This document shows positions 37,170-49,099 of a DNA stretch of 64,000 nt, one piece after another; position 1 is the stretch's first letter, and every line of letters begins with the position of its first letter. The notes beneath the pieces are model-generated. The model had not been told where the DNA came from, did no database searches, and worked only from the letters and a program-made list of their open reading frames with translations. Position numbers and translations under genes: made by a program. This DNA comes from Felis catus (Eukaryota). The stretch is taken from NCBI RefSeq assembly GCF_018350175.1, contig NC_058368.1, positions 176,082,001 through 176,146,000 on the forward strand, given 5' to 3'.

Positions 37170-39719
37170 ACCTAAACTAAGCAAGCAGATCAAACACCTA
37201 TCCATGCCCAGGACACTGGCTTGAATGTTGGTGGAGGCCAAGACATCTCTCCCACTCTCTGTCCACCTCTCCCTGGGTCTCTGGCCGTTCACCTGAGGAC
37301 AAACTCTGTCTTTAATGATGGAGTTTAGTAGGAACAATCCTTAACTCCCAACAGAAACAAGTTAGTGGTCAACAGGTGGGCTGGAGCCTGAGTGGCAGCT
37401 CCCGCCCAACAGAGTGGGAAGCGCGCGGAAGCCGACACTGGTTAGGAAGGTAGGCGGCCCCGGGAGCTGCAAGGGAGGAACCAGAGGGCTTTCTCACGAC
37501 TGCTTCTGCTACTGAAAATACTAGCAAGGAAAAAAAATGTTCATGCTAAATAAAATAATGTTCTTTTAAAGGCTGAAAAAATACTAGCAGAGCCCCTTTA
37601 GAACTTTTTATCCTCCAACCAGAACTTAAATGTACATCATTGATCAAGAAGCACGATCGGACCAAACCACTACCGGTGACCGCCAGCTGTGAGTTCACAG
37701 AGGGTGGTAAAATCCCCGTCGTCAGACACCTCCAGTCTCTGCAGCCTCAAGGCGAAACCAGAGGTAGGACACAGTCAAGTTCACAAGCTACCGGAGAGTC
37801 CTCTCCGGTGACCATGCGTCTGGTTTGTTATTTTTGTTTTTTGTGGATTCTGGAAATTACTGAGACGGCTTGTGACCTGAACACCTCCAGCTGCGAGTAC
37901 TACAGAGGGAAACGCTGAAGCCCAAGCCTGTCCTTGTCAGCCAGGGAAGCCATGGCTGGAGGAGTTACTGCAAGAATAGGGTGTGGGACTCAGGAACTCT
38001 CCCACCTCTCCCACCTCCCGCCCCAGGAACTCTCCCACCAGGTCCTCAAGCTCTTCAAGGAGGGAGATGTGTGACCTCCACTGGCTCCTTACAGTGTCCA
38101 TTCAGTCCCAGACAAGACGAACATTACCAGATCTCTGATAAACACCACAGTCCAACAAAAGGACTGAGTCATTATTTAAGCACAGAAATGGCTCAGCAGC
38201 CTGAGATATTCACCATCTCCAGTGGGGGCACCAAATGGGCTACTGGGCCCCTAGGGGGCAGATTTGGGAGACAAGGAGGTAAGAGGACTTTACCGGCATT
38301 AAAGTAAGTCTTTCTGACCATTGGCCTGATCGATGGATCGTGGCACAGCAGAGGCAGCTTTGCCCCAGACACTAAGCTCTGCCCACTGGAATTACACCAG
38401 CGAGAGCCAGGACATTAAAGTCCAACCGTTGGGGGTGCTCCAGTGGGGATTTAGGGACTGCGTAGAGAGAATTTAAACACTATGGCTTCCACACAGGAGT
38501 ACCATGAGGACACGAGGACTCCCCTACACTCAGCCCTTCTGTTTTATGGGATTCTGCATATAAAAAATCATTTGCGATAAGGATTCCATTGCTCTAAAAC
38601 AAAACAAAACAGAAACCTTTGAAAACAGCTAACAAGATGACTGCTAATGTTCCTTCAAACTTTCAGATTCCAAATTTCTTGTGTACTAAGTATCCGGGTG
38701 CCCAGAGTATCCAATAATACCTAAACCATAATCACCCTCATTGTCATCATCTCTAAAGCGTGAATATAAACTATCACTATAGCATAAACAACCCAGCATA
38801 ACACGAACTTCCTGTTCCACTGAAAAATTCAAGTTCATCTTCCTTGGTTTGAACAGGGGTGGCAGAACATTTCATTGCTGACCTTTCCTCTTCATCGCTA
38901 TGAGAAAATGGTGATGACATCTTTTTGGCCAGATGGAACTGATGGGAGATTTATGGAGCAGCTGAGAACTGTCAGAGCTGGGCCAGGCAGATCCCACAAG
39001 ACAATGACCAAGGCCTTTTCATCAAGGAGCACGTTACTTTCTGGAATCCACTAACACAAGAGGTTCATATCTACCCAGTCATCAGCAAGATTATCCCAAC
39101 ACCCCACCAGCTGCTGCCACCCAATACGGAGGCCTGTGTTCCTGCTCTGGAGGGACGGCATGTGATGTGCACAGGGGTCTTGCCCCTCACCCACCATCAC
39201 CACGCCCACCCCCGTCTGGCACCCACAGCCCTCCCAGAGTGGGAAACCTCATGCAATGCCTTCTCGGTTACAGAGATTTCAGAAATTAGTCACAGAAAGG
39301 AGGGCGGGAGACAGTGGAGGTTTCCTGAAGGAACCAGTAACAAGATCTGGGGTGTTTCACCTCGAGGTCACAGCAGCTCAGATTGTCCCTGAGTTAGCAA
39401 TGGGCCGTCCAGAATGAAATCAACTTCTTCAAGCCCTCTGCTAATGTGTCCACCACCTACTGTACAAAGACTTTGTTAGAGGCAAAGCCTCCAGCAAATG
39501 GGTCTCCCCATTCACTGAGCATTCTCTTTAGACATTTGGATCCATTTCCCACCCCCGGCCTCAGAAGATGGCCCCAATGCCCACAGACGATCAGCTAGAA
39601 AGAGAGGGTGGAACTGGAGGAATCCAGCATTTGTTTGAGACAAGGGTTTGGACTGGCTTCAGATCTTCTTGTAAAGTAATCCACAATTAAGACATATACT
39701 GGGACTCCTTATATGGCAC

Positions 39720-39842
39720 GGTGACCATATGTCCTTCTCTGTGCAGGATAGTCCCAGTTTGTACCTCTTGTTATCCCAGAATCATTACTGCCTTTCACTC
39801 TCAAAAGGCCCCATTTTCACAATAGATTATACAGTCACTCTA
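39720..39842. mobile_element. MER94-like hAT-Blackjack fossil
   Basis: ggtgaccatatgtcc...gtcccagttt...cagtcactcta. Confidence 0.55.
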
Positions 39843-39991
39843 TCTTTGACCCAGCCACCACCTATGCTTTTCGGTAAGAATCTGGAAACCCCCAGGTAGT
39901 TCTAAAAGCCAAGACATACAGGGATTAAAAAGGCAAAGAGATCCAACATATCCAATTTAAAAAGAAAAAAAAAAAAAAAAAGCCAAGGGCT

Positions 39992-40175
39992 GGGGTGCCT
40001 GGGTGGCTCAATTGGCTAAGTGTCTGACTTTAGCTCAGGTCATGATCTCAGGGTTCATGAGTTCAGGCCCCACATTGGGCTCTCTGCTGTCAGCACAGAG
40101 CCTGCTTCAGATCCTCTGTCCCCTTCTCTATGCCCCTCTCTCTCTGTCTCAAAATAAATAAACCTAAAAATTTTT
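39992..40175 (+). mobile_element. CAN-SINE
   Basis: Typical body and tail. Confidence 0.88.
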
Positions 40176-40455
40176 TTAATTAATTAGCTAAAAACCCAAA
40201 AAGCAATGATGTTCATTGGTTTGGTTTGTAACAGGGAAAACATGGAAATAAGTCAAATGTCCATCAATAGGAAATGGGTTAATAAATCAAGGCTTATCAA
40301 TATGGAATACTATGCACCAATTCAAAAGAAAAAGGGATCTATATGGACTGACATAAAAAGATCTCCAGGGTAAATTGGTAAGAGGAAAAGCTAACTGATC
40401 CCAGTTATCTTTTCTTTGTAGTTGTAAAACAGATCCAGGTTTTAAAATGCATAGA

Positions 40456-40685
40456 GGGGTCCCTAGGTGGCTCAGTCGGTTAAGCATCTGACTGCGGCTC
40501 AGGTCATGATCTCACGTTCGTGGGTTTGAGCCCCACATCGGGCTCTATGCTGACAGCTCAGAGCCTCGAGCCTGCTTCGGATTCTGGGTCTCTCTCTCTC
40601 TCTGTTTCTCCCCCAGTCACATTCTCTCTCTCACTCTCTCTCTCTCTCTCTCTCTCTCTCAAAAATAAAGCTTAGAAATTTTTTT
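40456..40685 (+). mobile_element. CAN-SINE
   Basis: Typical body; AAAATGCATAGA TSD flanks. Confidence 0.9.
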
Positions 40686-40714
40686 AAAAATGCATAGAGA
40701 AAGGTTTAGAACAA

Positions 40715-40960
40715 TATTGTGTATAGAAATGAGTCACATATGTAATTTACAATTCTCTTGTATCAATATTTTTACAAAGTGGAATTCATTTTATGTAAAC
40801 TAATGCATCCAAAATATTATAAATCATTATAAAAGATTATTAATGAGTTATGTAACATTTTTAGTACTAACTCCTGAAAATTATGCTGTAAGCAAATCTC
40901 AATTCTTACTAGCCACATTTCAAGGGCTCAATAGCCCCATGTGGCTTATAGCTACAGTGT
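40715..40960. mobile_element. MER3/MER33-like hAT-Charlie fossil
   Basis: ctagccacatttcaagggctcaatagccccatgtggct pattern. Confidence 0.6.
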
Positions 40961-42072
40961 TACTGAACAGGTGAAGGCTAGAAGGAGGCACACCAGATAA
41001 CTAGACTTATCTCTGGGGAGGGAACTGGAATTGGGGAAATGAAGTGGCTTGTGTAGAATTAGAAACTGCTGCAGTGAGAATATATTCACTACTTATGTAA
41101 TGTTATAAAACAAATCTGAAATTGAAAAAAAAAAATAGGAACCAGAACATGAGATATGAAACCAACAGTTTATAAATGAGCTATGAGGAAACATAGTGTT
41201 CAAATCCATTCATCAGCAAAGGGTGTTTGCATTGTTTAAAATTCGAGCCCCATTGGCCCCAGGGGCTGGCTGGCTGATCTGCGACTGCCCTAGCTTAGCC
41301 AGAAGCCAAAAGCTAGCTTCCTGAGGGTCACCTTGCTTGCTTCTCTACCTAGCAACAGAAAGCCATGGTGCCTCCATGAGAACTCTGTTACCTCGGGGAA
41401 AACGCAGTCCTCTAGAATATTCAGATTGAAGCTCTGACAAAGTGCAGATGTGCAAACGAGTGTATTACAACAGCAAGGGGCATGGGAGGATGCTAGTTTT
41501 AAAATGCAGACTCCTGAGCCCTACAAAATAAGAACTGGTGAGGTGGGGTCACAAAATCTGCAAGATACAAGAATTCCAAGAGATTTCTAAAACCAACTAA
41601 GATACAAAGGGGTGTCATCCCTTCTAGCCAACTTTCCACTGCTAGATTCCTGGCTAGAATCTGACTCCACCCAGAACCATACTGACAAAAAAGTGGTTGA
41701 AGAAAGGAAATCCAAATACCCAGCCCTCCCCCTGCCTCACCCCCGAGGGAGGCTACTCTTCTTTCACAGTATTTACTGAATGATGCTTCCAGACCCCACA
41801 ACTAAAAAGCAGGCCATCCCTTGGTAAAGACTGCCTGTCCAAAGTTAGCCCTGCTTTTACCTCCAAATCAGAGAGATCCTGGCCTGGTGGACCAGAGCCC
41901 TCCCACAGCCCTTGTCTCTGTTTGGGAAGGCAAAATTTCCACCATCCAAGAGATGACATGGGGACATCTGGCTGGAACATTCTCCCTCAAGGTGAGATCT
42001 TGTGTCTATTTGGTTTGGGGTTTTGGTTATCACAGGCTTTTTCTTACTTTTTAAAAAAATAATCCAATGTTC

Positions 42073-42291
42073 GGGGCACCTGGGTGGCTCAGTCAGTTAA
42101 GCCTCTGACTCTTGGTTTCTGCTCAGGTCATGATCTCACAATTCTGTGAGTTTGAGTCCTGCTTTGGGCTCTGCACTGGCGCGTGAAGCCTTCTTGGGAT
42201 TCTCTCTCCCTCCCTCTCTCTCTGCCCCTCCGCCATTCATGCTGTCTCTGTCTCTCTCAAAATAAACTTAAAAAAAAAAAAAAAAAAAAAA
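42073..42291 (+). mobile_element. CAN-SINE
   Basis: Typical body, poly(A). Confidence 0.9.
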
Positions 42292-42292
42292 C

Positions 42293-42521
42293 TTTATTTT
42301 TTTATTTTAATTTTTTTTAACATTTATTTATTTTTGAGACAGAGAGAGACAGAGCATGAGCAGGGGAGGGTCAGAGAGAGAAGGAGACACAGAATCCGAA
42401 ACAGGCTCCAGGCTCTGAGCTGTCAGCCCAGAGCCCGAGGCGGGGCTCGAACTCACGGACCGCGAGATCATGACCTGAGCCGAAGTCGGACGCCCAACCG
42501 ACTGAGCCACCCAGGCGCCCC
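42293..42521 (-). mobile_element. Felid SINEC_Fc, tail-to-tail with the preceding SINE
   Basis: Reverse-complement body with intact CpGs. Confidence 0.92.
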
Positions 42522-44289
42522 CCCCCCCAAAAAAAAACCTTTAAATAAACCAATGTGCAATTTAATGTTTAAAGGGGAGAAGCAACCTCTTCAAAAACAT
42601 ATTGCCCATAGTGAAAAAGTATTGCTTACATGTATATAACATCTTTCAAATGCAACTGAGCCCTCCTACCATCTGAACCACCAGTGAAGTTGACAGGTGT
42701 GATAATCTCTGTTTCACAAAAAAGGGCAGGAAGCTGCGAGGGTTAAGAGGTGGGTAGTTGGAGGGAGAAACTAAGGCGTCCTGGGCTCTTCCTCTGGGTT
42801 TGGTCTTGAGCTAGGTGGTGTAGGCAGGGACCACAGTTAATTTCCACCACAACCAGAGAAGGTGGTGTGGCTGCTCTTCCCCGGTCACACCTGAAGGAAG
42901 GGAGTGGCCCACAGGCTCACAAAGCCCCGGAGGGACAGTTATCCTCTGGATTCCTCCGCCCCTCCTCCTTCCCCCGCCTTCACACACCAGAGTTCCCTCC
43001 GCCCCCAAATGCTTGACTGCTCATTTCACCCCCCACTCAGCCACGTTGAGCTGATTAAAAGAAGGGCCCCCTCACAATAGTTAGGCCGATGGACGTTTTC
43101 ATCAAAGCTAAATGTCCTTTAATACTCTGATGCCCACTCTCCTCTCCTGACACCTGGCCGCTGTCAGTCTCCTGGTGGGAGAGGGAGCTATAGCAGTTTT
43201 CCTTCTCCCCACACCCACCGCAGCCCTCCCAGGCTCGCTGGGCGCATTCCCTGCACTTGAAAGCTTTCCTTTCCCGGGCGGCGCCCTATCTATTTCTCTA
43301 TCTCCTCTCTCTCTCGATCTCTCCTTTCGCTTCCAATTCTTTCCAACACCCTCCCTCTCTCTTCCGGTTCTCTAGGAAGAGCAACCAGTAGTGAAGGCAG
43401 CAAAGCGGAATGAAGAAGGGTAGGCAGAAGGTCCGGGGCAGCCTCCCCAAGGCAGAAGGTCAGAGCGAGACGCAAGGGAGTGGAGTGCACGCACCCAGCT
43501 CGGGCAGGGCAGCGGGGCAGGGCTGTGGGAACCCTCTGTCCGGATGCTCCTCTCTGCGGGCGCCTGCAGCTCTGCAGAGAGAGGAGAAGCCTCTTGGATC
43601 CAAGGAGCGCTGGGTGGCACTCAGCATTTGCTAAAAAGTCGCTGTGCCACGTGTTTCCTGTTTATCAACCTGCAAGCATTTGTTGCACACCCAGCCCAGA
43701 AGTGTGCTAAGAATGTATTCTCTGCCCTCAAACGCCTGAAGACGAGGCAATGCGCAGGAAGACAGGCACCTAAGCCGAAAAGCCGCGCACAGAGGCAAAG
43801 GGCTGCTACTATTCTGCATGATTATTATTCCGATTACTCTACGGTACTAAGATTTTATAGTTGAAGCAACAAAATGGCTTCTCACGCCTGCTCTGCTCCC
43901 CACCCCCACATTCCCCAAGCTCCACTCCAGCCTACAACCCTTGCTGACACCACTCCAGAAAAAAATTTAAAGGTGGGGGCGGTGCAAAAAAAGAATATGC
44001 CAAGACCCTCTGACTACCTCCTTCTGTGGTCATTTGCAGTTTCGGACTGGGAAGGTAGGGGGGAAGGAGAGCTATGATTGGAGCCAAAATATAGACACAG
44101 TCCAGGTGGAAGGCCTAAGATCATCTTGGATCCACTTTCCTATAGTAGGCCTCTCTGTTTTTTCTCCCTTAGGCCATTTGTTCTCCACTCTGGGATGACT
44201 CTGTTGCCAATAATACTGCTAAGAGCCCCTGTTTCTTAAGCACTTGCTACCAAGCAAACATTATGCAACCCATTTCGCTTGAGCGATGT

Positions 44290-44815
44290 TCTGGTTATCT
44301 ACGGCCGCATAGCAAACCATCCCCAAATATAGTGGTATGTTCACTGATTCTGTGGGTCAGGAATCTGGACAGGGCACAGCAGGGATAGTTTGTCTTTGCT
44401 CTATGGAGTCTGGGGCTTTAGCTGTGAAAAGTAGACCCGCTGGGTGCTGGATTCATCCAGAGGCTTCATCACTCACAGGTCTGTCTGGCATCTAAACTGG
44501 AATGGCTAGAAGGCTGGTTGAGTTACAACTTTCAACCAGTGTGCCCGCACATGGCTTCTTCATGTGGCTTGAGCTTCCTCACCGCCTGGTGGCCTCAGGG
44601 TAGGCAGACTTCTTACATGGTAGCTCATGGCTCCAAGTGCAAATGCACCAGCAAATAGAAAAGAAGTTACATGGCTTTTTCTGACCTAGCCACAGAAGTC
44701 ACATGGTGCCACTGTACCTAATTTATTGGTTGTATTGGTCAAAGCAGTGTCAAACCTGCCCATATTCAAAGGGAGAGGACATACATGGACCCCACCTCTC
44801 AATGGGAGGAATGGC
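44290..44815. mobile_element. MLT1-type MaLR LTR
   Basis: gattctgtgggtcaggaatctggacagggcacagcagggat...ttttctgacctagccacagaagtcac...ccccacctctcaatggga. Confidence 0.7.
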
Positions 44816-45895
44816 TAAGCATCAGGAAATATGGCTTACAACTATCTTGTTTCATTCCCACACAATAATCTTTTGAGGAAACAGGAGTTACATCCCCACT
44901 TTACAGATGAGGGCGTTGAGGTTCAAGCAGCCTACTTCAGAGCCTATGCTCCAAATCAGTGTCCACATGACTCACTGCCTATCATTTCTGATGCCTTTCT
45001 TTGCTCTGGTGCTCCCCAAATCCCCCCAGCCCAAATTCCATGATGCTTCTTTCCTCACCTCTTTCTGTTGGTTTACCTGCTGCAAATTTCCTTCTGCCCT
45101 GCACCTCCATCCCATCTTTACCAGCCCCAGGGCCTGGGATGGAAATGTCAAGAAAGGCACTGCTCTGACTTCTGCCAGTCTCTAATGTCAGCTACTTAGG
45201 GCCCTTCACGCTCTACTGGCCAGAGTAGGAATGACCTTTGTCCTTTGGAATCCCCACTGCCTCAGGGAAGCCACTATCGTGCCCAGCCTTCACTCTGCCA
45301 TTGAACCATGGCCAGTCCCAACTGGGTATCAATACCCCACCAATGTTTGAGTATCTCCTTTAAACATTATCATCAGGTGCCAAAAAATACAAATGAAGAT
45401 TTTAGGAAGACAAGTGGGAAAATGGAAAAAAAAATTTTTTTTAAGTATATGGCATAAAATGATGAAGGGTTACTAATATACAGAGCTCATAGAAATCAAC
45501 AAGACAAAATTAAGATCTCAGTAAATAGCAGGAAGATGCAAGCAGGTGATAGATTTAAACAAGAAAAATACAGGTGGATTACAGACATTTGACAACAATG
45601 AAAATAATTTAAAATAATTACAATATGCTGTTTTCACTATATATATTTGCAAAGATTCTAAAAGTGAGAATTCCCAGACTGCTTTCCAGAGTGAATGTAC
45701 AAAATTATAGTCCTGTTTCATTCATGTTCTAAGAGGTCAGTGGCTCTTCCTGAGCTTCAGCAATCAGGAAAGACCCCCTGGGGGAGGCAGGGCTGGGCTG
45801 GGACTATAAAAGGGGGTAGGAGGTCTCAGCTGCACTGTAACATTTACACTATGCTTGAACAACTCACGGAACTGGAACTTAAATTCTTCTGCTTA

Positions 45896-46140
45896 GAGGC
45901 ACCTGCGTGGCTCAGTCAGTTAAACGTCTGACTCCTGATTCCGGCTCAGGTCATGATCTCATAGCTTGTGAGTTTGAGCCCTGTGTCGGGCTCTGTGATG
46001 ACAGTGTGGAGTCTGCTTGGGATTCTCTCTCCCTCCCTCTCTCTGCCTCTCCCCTACTTGTGCTCTGTCTCTCTGTCTCTCAAAAATAAACATTTAAAAA
46101 TGTTAATAAAAAATATAAAATAAATAAATAAATAAATAAA
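45896..46140 (+). mobile_element. CAN-SINE
   Basis: TAAATTCTTCTG TSD at 45880-45891 and 46141-46152. Confidence 0.88.
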
Positions 46141-46266
46141 TAAATTCTTCTGTTTAAACTGCTCTGTAGATATTTGACCTAGCACTATGTATGAAAAAGG
46201 GTATATGATCATGAATTCAGCTCCTCCTTCAGATCCAAAGGCTTCTTTCTATTGGGATTTCCCCTT

Positions 46267-46491
46267 TTTTTTTTTTATTTTTTTTTTTAACGTTTACTTA
46301 TTTTTGAGACAGAGAGAGACAAAGCATGAATTGGGGAGGGGCAGAGAGAGAGGGAGACACAGAATCGGAAGCAGCCTCCAGGCTCCGGGCCGTCAGCCCA
46401 GAGCCCGACGCGGGGCTCGAACTCACGGACCGCGAGATCGTGACCTGAGCTGAAGTCGGACGCTTAACTGACTGAGCCACCCAGGCGCCCC
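46267..46491 (-). mobile_element. Young felid SINEC_Fc
   Basis: TSD GGGATTTCCCCTT at 46254-46266 and 46492-46504. Confidence 0.93.
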
Positions 46492-46789
46492 GGGATTTCC
46501 CCTTATTAACAGACGACTGAAATATTCTCAGAAAAGACAATGCTCTAGCACCTGTGAGGAAAGCAAGCAGAATTGGACCCAGCTTCTGTCTTCAAGGTAC
46601 GTTTACCATGGACAGAAGGACTGGTTGCCTAGAGCCCAAGAAGGTACCTCAGCCAGAGACACTCCAGATATAAAAACTAGCCATGCTACTACCTCAAGGT
46701 CAGAAACACGTCGCTAGACCGGAGCCAACAGTGGATGCCCCGGCACTGAGAGGGTAAAAAAGCAAACCACTGACTAGGAGATGATACTC

Positions 46790-47665
46790 AAAAGAAGCAT
46801 ATATCTAACAAGGGACTCATATCCAAACATATAAAGAATTCCCACAAATCAGTAAGAAAAAGGCAAAAGATTTAAGCAGGCACTTCACAAAAGAGGATAT
46901 TCAAAAGCCAATGAGCATTGGAAAAGGCGCTCAATTTCATTACTCAGCAGGGAAAGGCAAAGTAAAAGCACACTGCGATAGCCCAACGCTCCCACCGGAA
47001 TGGCTGAAAACTAAACACTGACAATACTAAGCGCTGGTGAAGATGTGGGACAGCTGTAAACCTCCTACGCTGCCAGTACAAGTTGGCACAACAATTGTAA
47101 ACCTGAAGACTGCTGAGTAGAATCTACTGACGCTGCATTTATGAGTACCCTGCGGCCCAGCAGTTCCACTCCCAGATTTATACCCGGTAAAAACGTGTGC
47201 ATATGTTCACCAAAAGACACGTACTAAAGTGTTCATAGTTGCACTCACTGTTCCCAACAATCAGAAGCTGGAAACCATTCAAGTGTGCCTCAATAGAGAA
47301 TGGGACTACAGTTGTATGTTCGTACAATGCACTGTTACACAAAAGTTAAAAGGAGCTAGCCACAGCCATCAACAATGCAGACAAATCTCACAAACGTATA
47401 TTGAGTGAAAGTTGCCAGACACGAAGAGTCTACAGACAGTGCGCTTAGATACATGTGAAGTTCAAAAACAGGCAAAACTATTCTGTGCTGTTCGAACTCA
47501 GGATAGCGATTATCCTGGGGGGAAAGGAGGAGGCTTCTAGGTCCATTAATGTTCCACTTCTTGAACCAAGCGCTGGTTACACAGCTGTGTTCAGACTGTG
47601 AAAATTCACCAGGCTGTTGTTCGTTTTGATTTTGTGCGCCTCCGTGTTCTGCTGGAATAAAATGT
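46790..47665 (+). mobile_element. Ancient L1M (L1ME/MC-like) ORF2-end and 3'UTR fossil
   Basis: ggcaaaagatttaagcaggcacttcacaaaagaggata...cccagcagttccactcc...atatgttcaccaaaagacac. Confidence 0.75.
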
Positions 47666-49099
47666 TCAGTGAGGGGGACTATGTGCACTGCTGGACTGGG
47701 TCAGGGGCTTAAGTGACCCCAGGGTCTATCACTTGCTTACTCCCAAGTAACTCCCAGAGTCGCTGTCAAGCTCAGGATCCTGTAACTGATTGAGACCTGT
47801 CCCCAGAGCCACCTGGTGCCACTTCTAACGAACAGGAAGTACAGCTTTCCCTTAGGAAGAGGGCAGAGAGCTCCTAGAAGTGGACTGCCACATCGAGGGA
47901 GAGGGCAAGGTACTGGGGGTCCATACTGACTTCCTCCCGTGGCTATTCTAACCGTTTTTCATTCCAAATGCCCCAACTTCCCCCATCCGTCACCCCATAC
48001 ATTTGTTCGAAGAAAAGAAACAAAGCACCGAAGTGTCCATTAAGAAGAAGCCCTCTATGAGGGTCCCTGTCCAGAAGGAATGGGGGAAGCAACTCTCCCC
48101 ATGATGGAGGGCTAGCTCCTGGTCTACCCAGGACGGAATAACTAGGTCAGCACTGCAACACCAACGGCCAGGAGATAAAGGACATCCAGCCATCGCTTCA
48201 AAGGTGGCATGGCAGGGTCTAATGCACACTTTGCTAGTTTCAACACAACACATGGTACATGTGAGCTGTCCTGCCAGAAAACACAGCTAGAGTCTCCCCT
48301 CCACAGCCACCAACATTTTGTGTGTGTGTGTGTGGATAATAATCAAATTCAGTATTTTTTCAATCAAGGCTGAGATAATATGGAAAGGCTCACAAAGAAT
48401 AGGAAGGCCTAGACCAGGGCCTGAAAGGCTAAGAAGATTCAGAAATGCTGCCCCCTCCCTGTGAGGGAGAAAGGTGATGTTTTCCCCTACTTAATTTCCC
48501 CACAGGAGTTCCTACTTAGATAAATAAACCCTGATCAATGAGAACCCAAATTTTCCCAAGGCCTGCATTTTCCTCTAGATGCATTTTGGTGGGTGGTCCT
48601 CTCTCAGCAGTTGGAATAATCCAGATGATCCTGGGCAACTTGGAAGGAAGCAAGTCTGTACTGAAGCCAAGAAGTAATTTTTTCCCCCTCCAGCTTCCCA
48701 GGAGAAAGGATCCCTGTGGGTCATTGTGAGGCTGGAAATAAAGGGAAGCTGAATCCCACCTCATCCAGATGGTTGGTGGTTTTGCTCATGCTTACGGGGT
48801 AAGGAGGAGGAGGGGGTTGAAAGCTTTTTGGTATTGTTTAGAGTATTTTTCTTTAAAAAAATGTTTTTAAAGCTGGGTAGAGCCAACTACAATATAGGAG
48901 GAGAAAAATGAGGAGAGGTGGGTAACAGTGCTTCGATGTGGCGGGGAGGTCCAGAGTCCATCCACACCTAGAAACATTTCTGTGCACCTCTGGCTTGCAG
49001 AAGGTCCCCGTGGGAGGTCCACCAGGGGCAGGTCCACTGAGGTTGGCCACAGTGCCTTTACTAAGGCTGGAGGACCAGCCTCAGGTTGCACCCTGGCCT

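Noticed and set aside
37990..38040. Short direct repeat CAGGAACTCTCCCACC x2
   Set aside because: Local slippage duplication with only two units; not an array or CRISPR-like structure.
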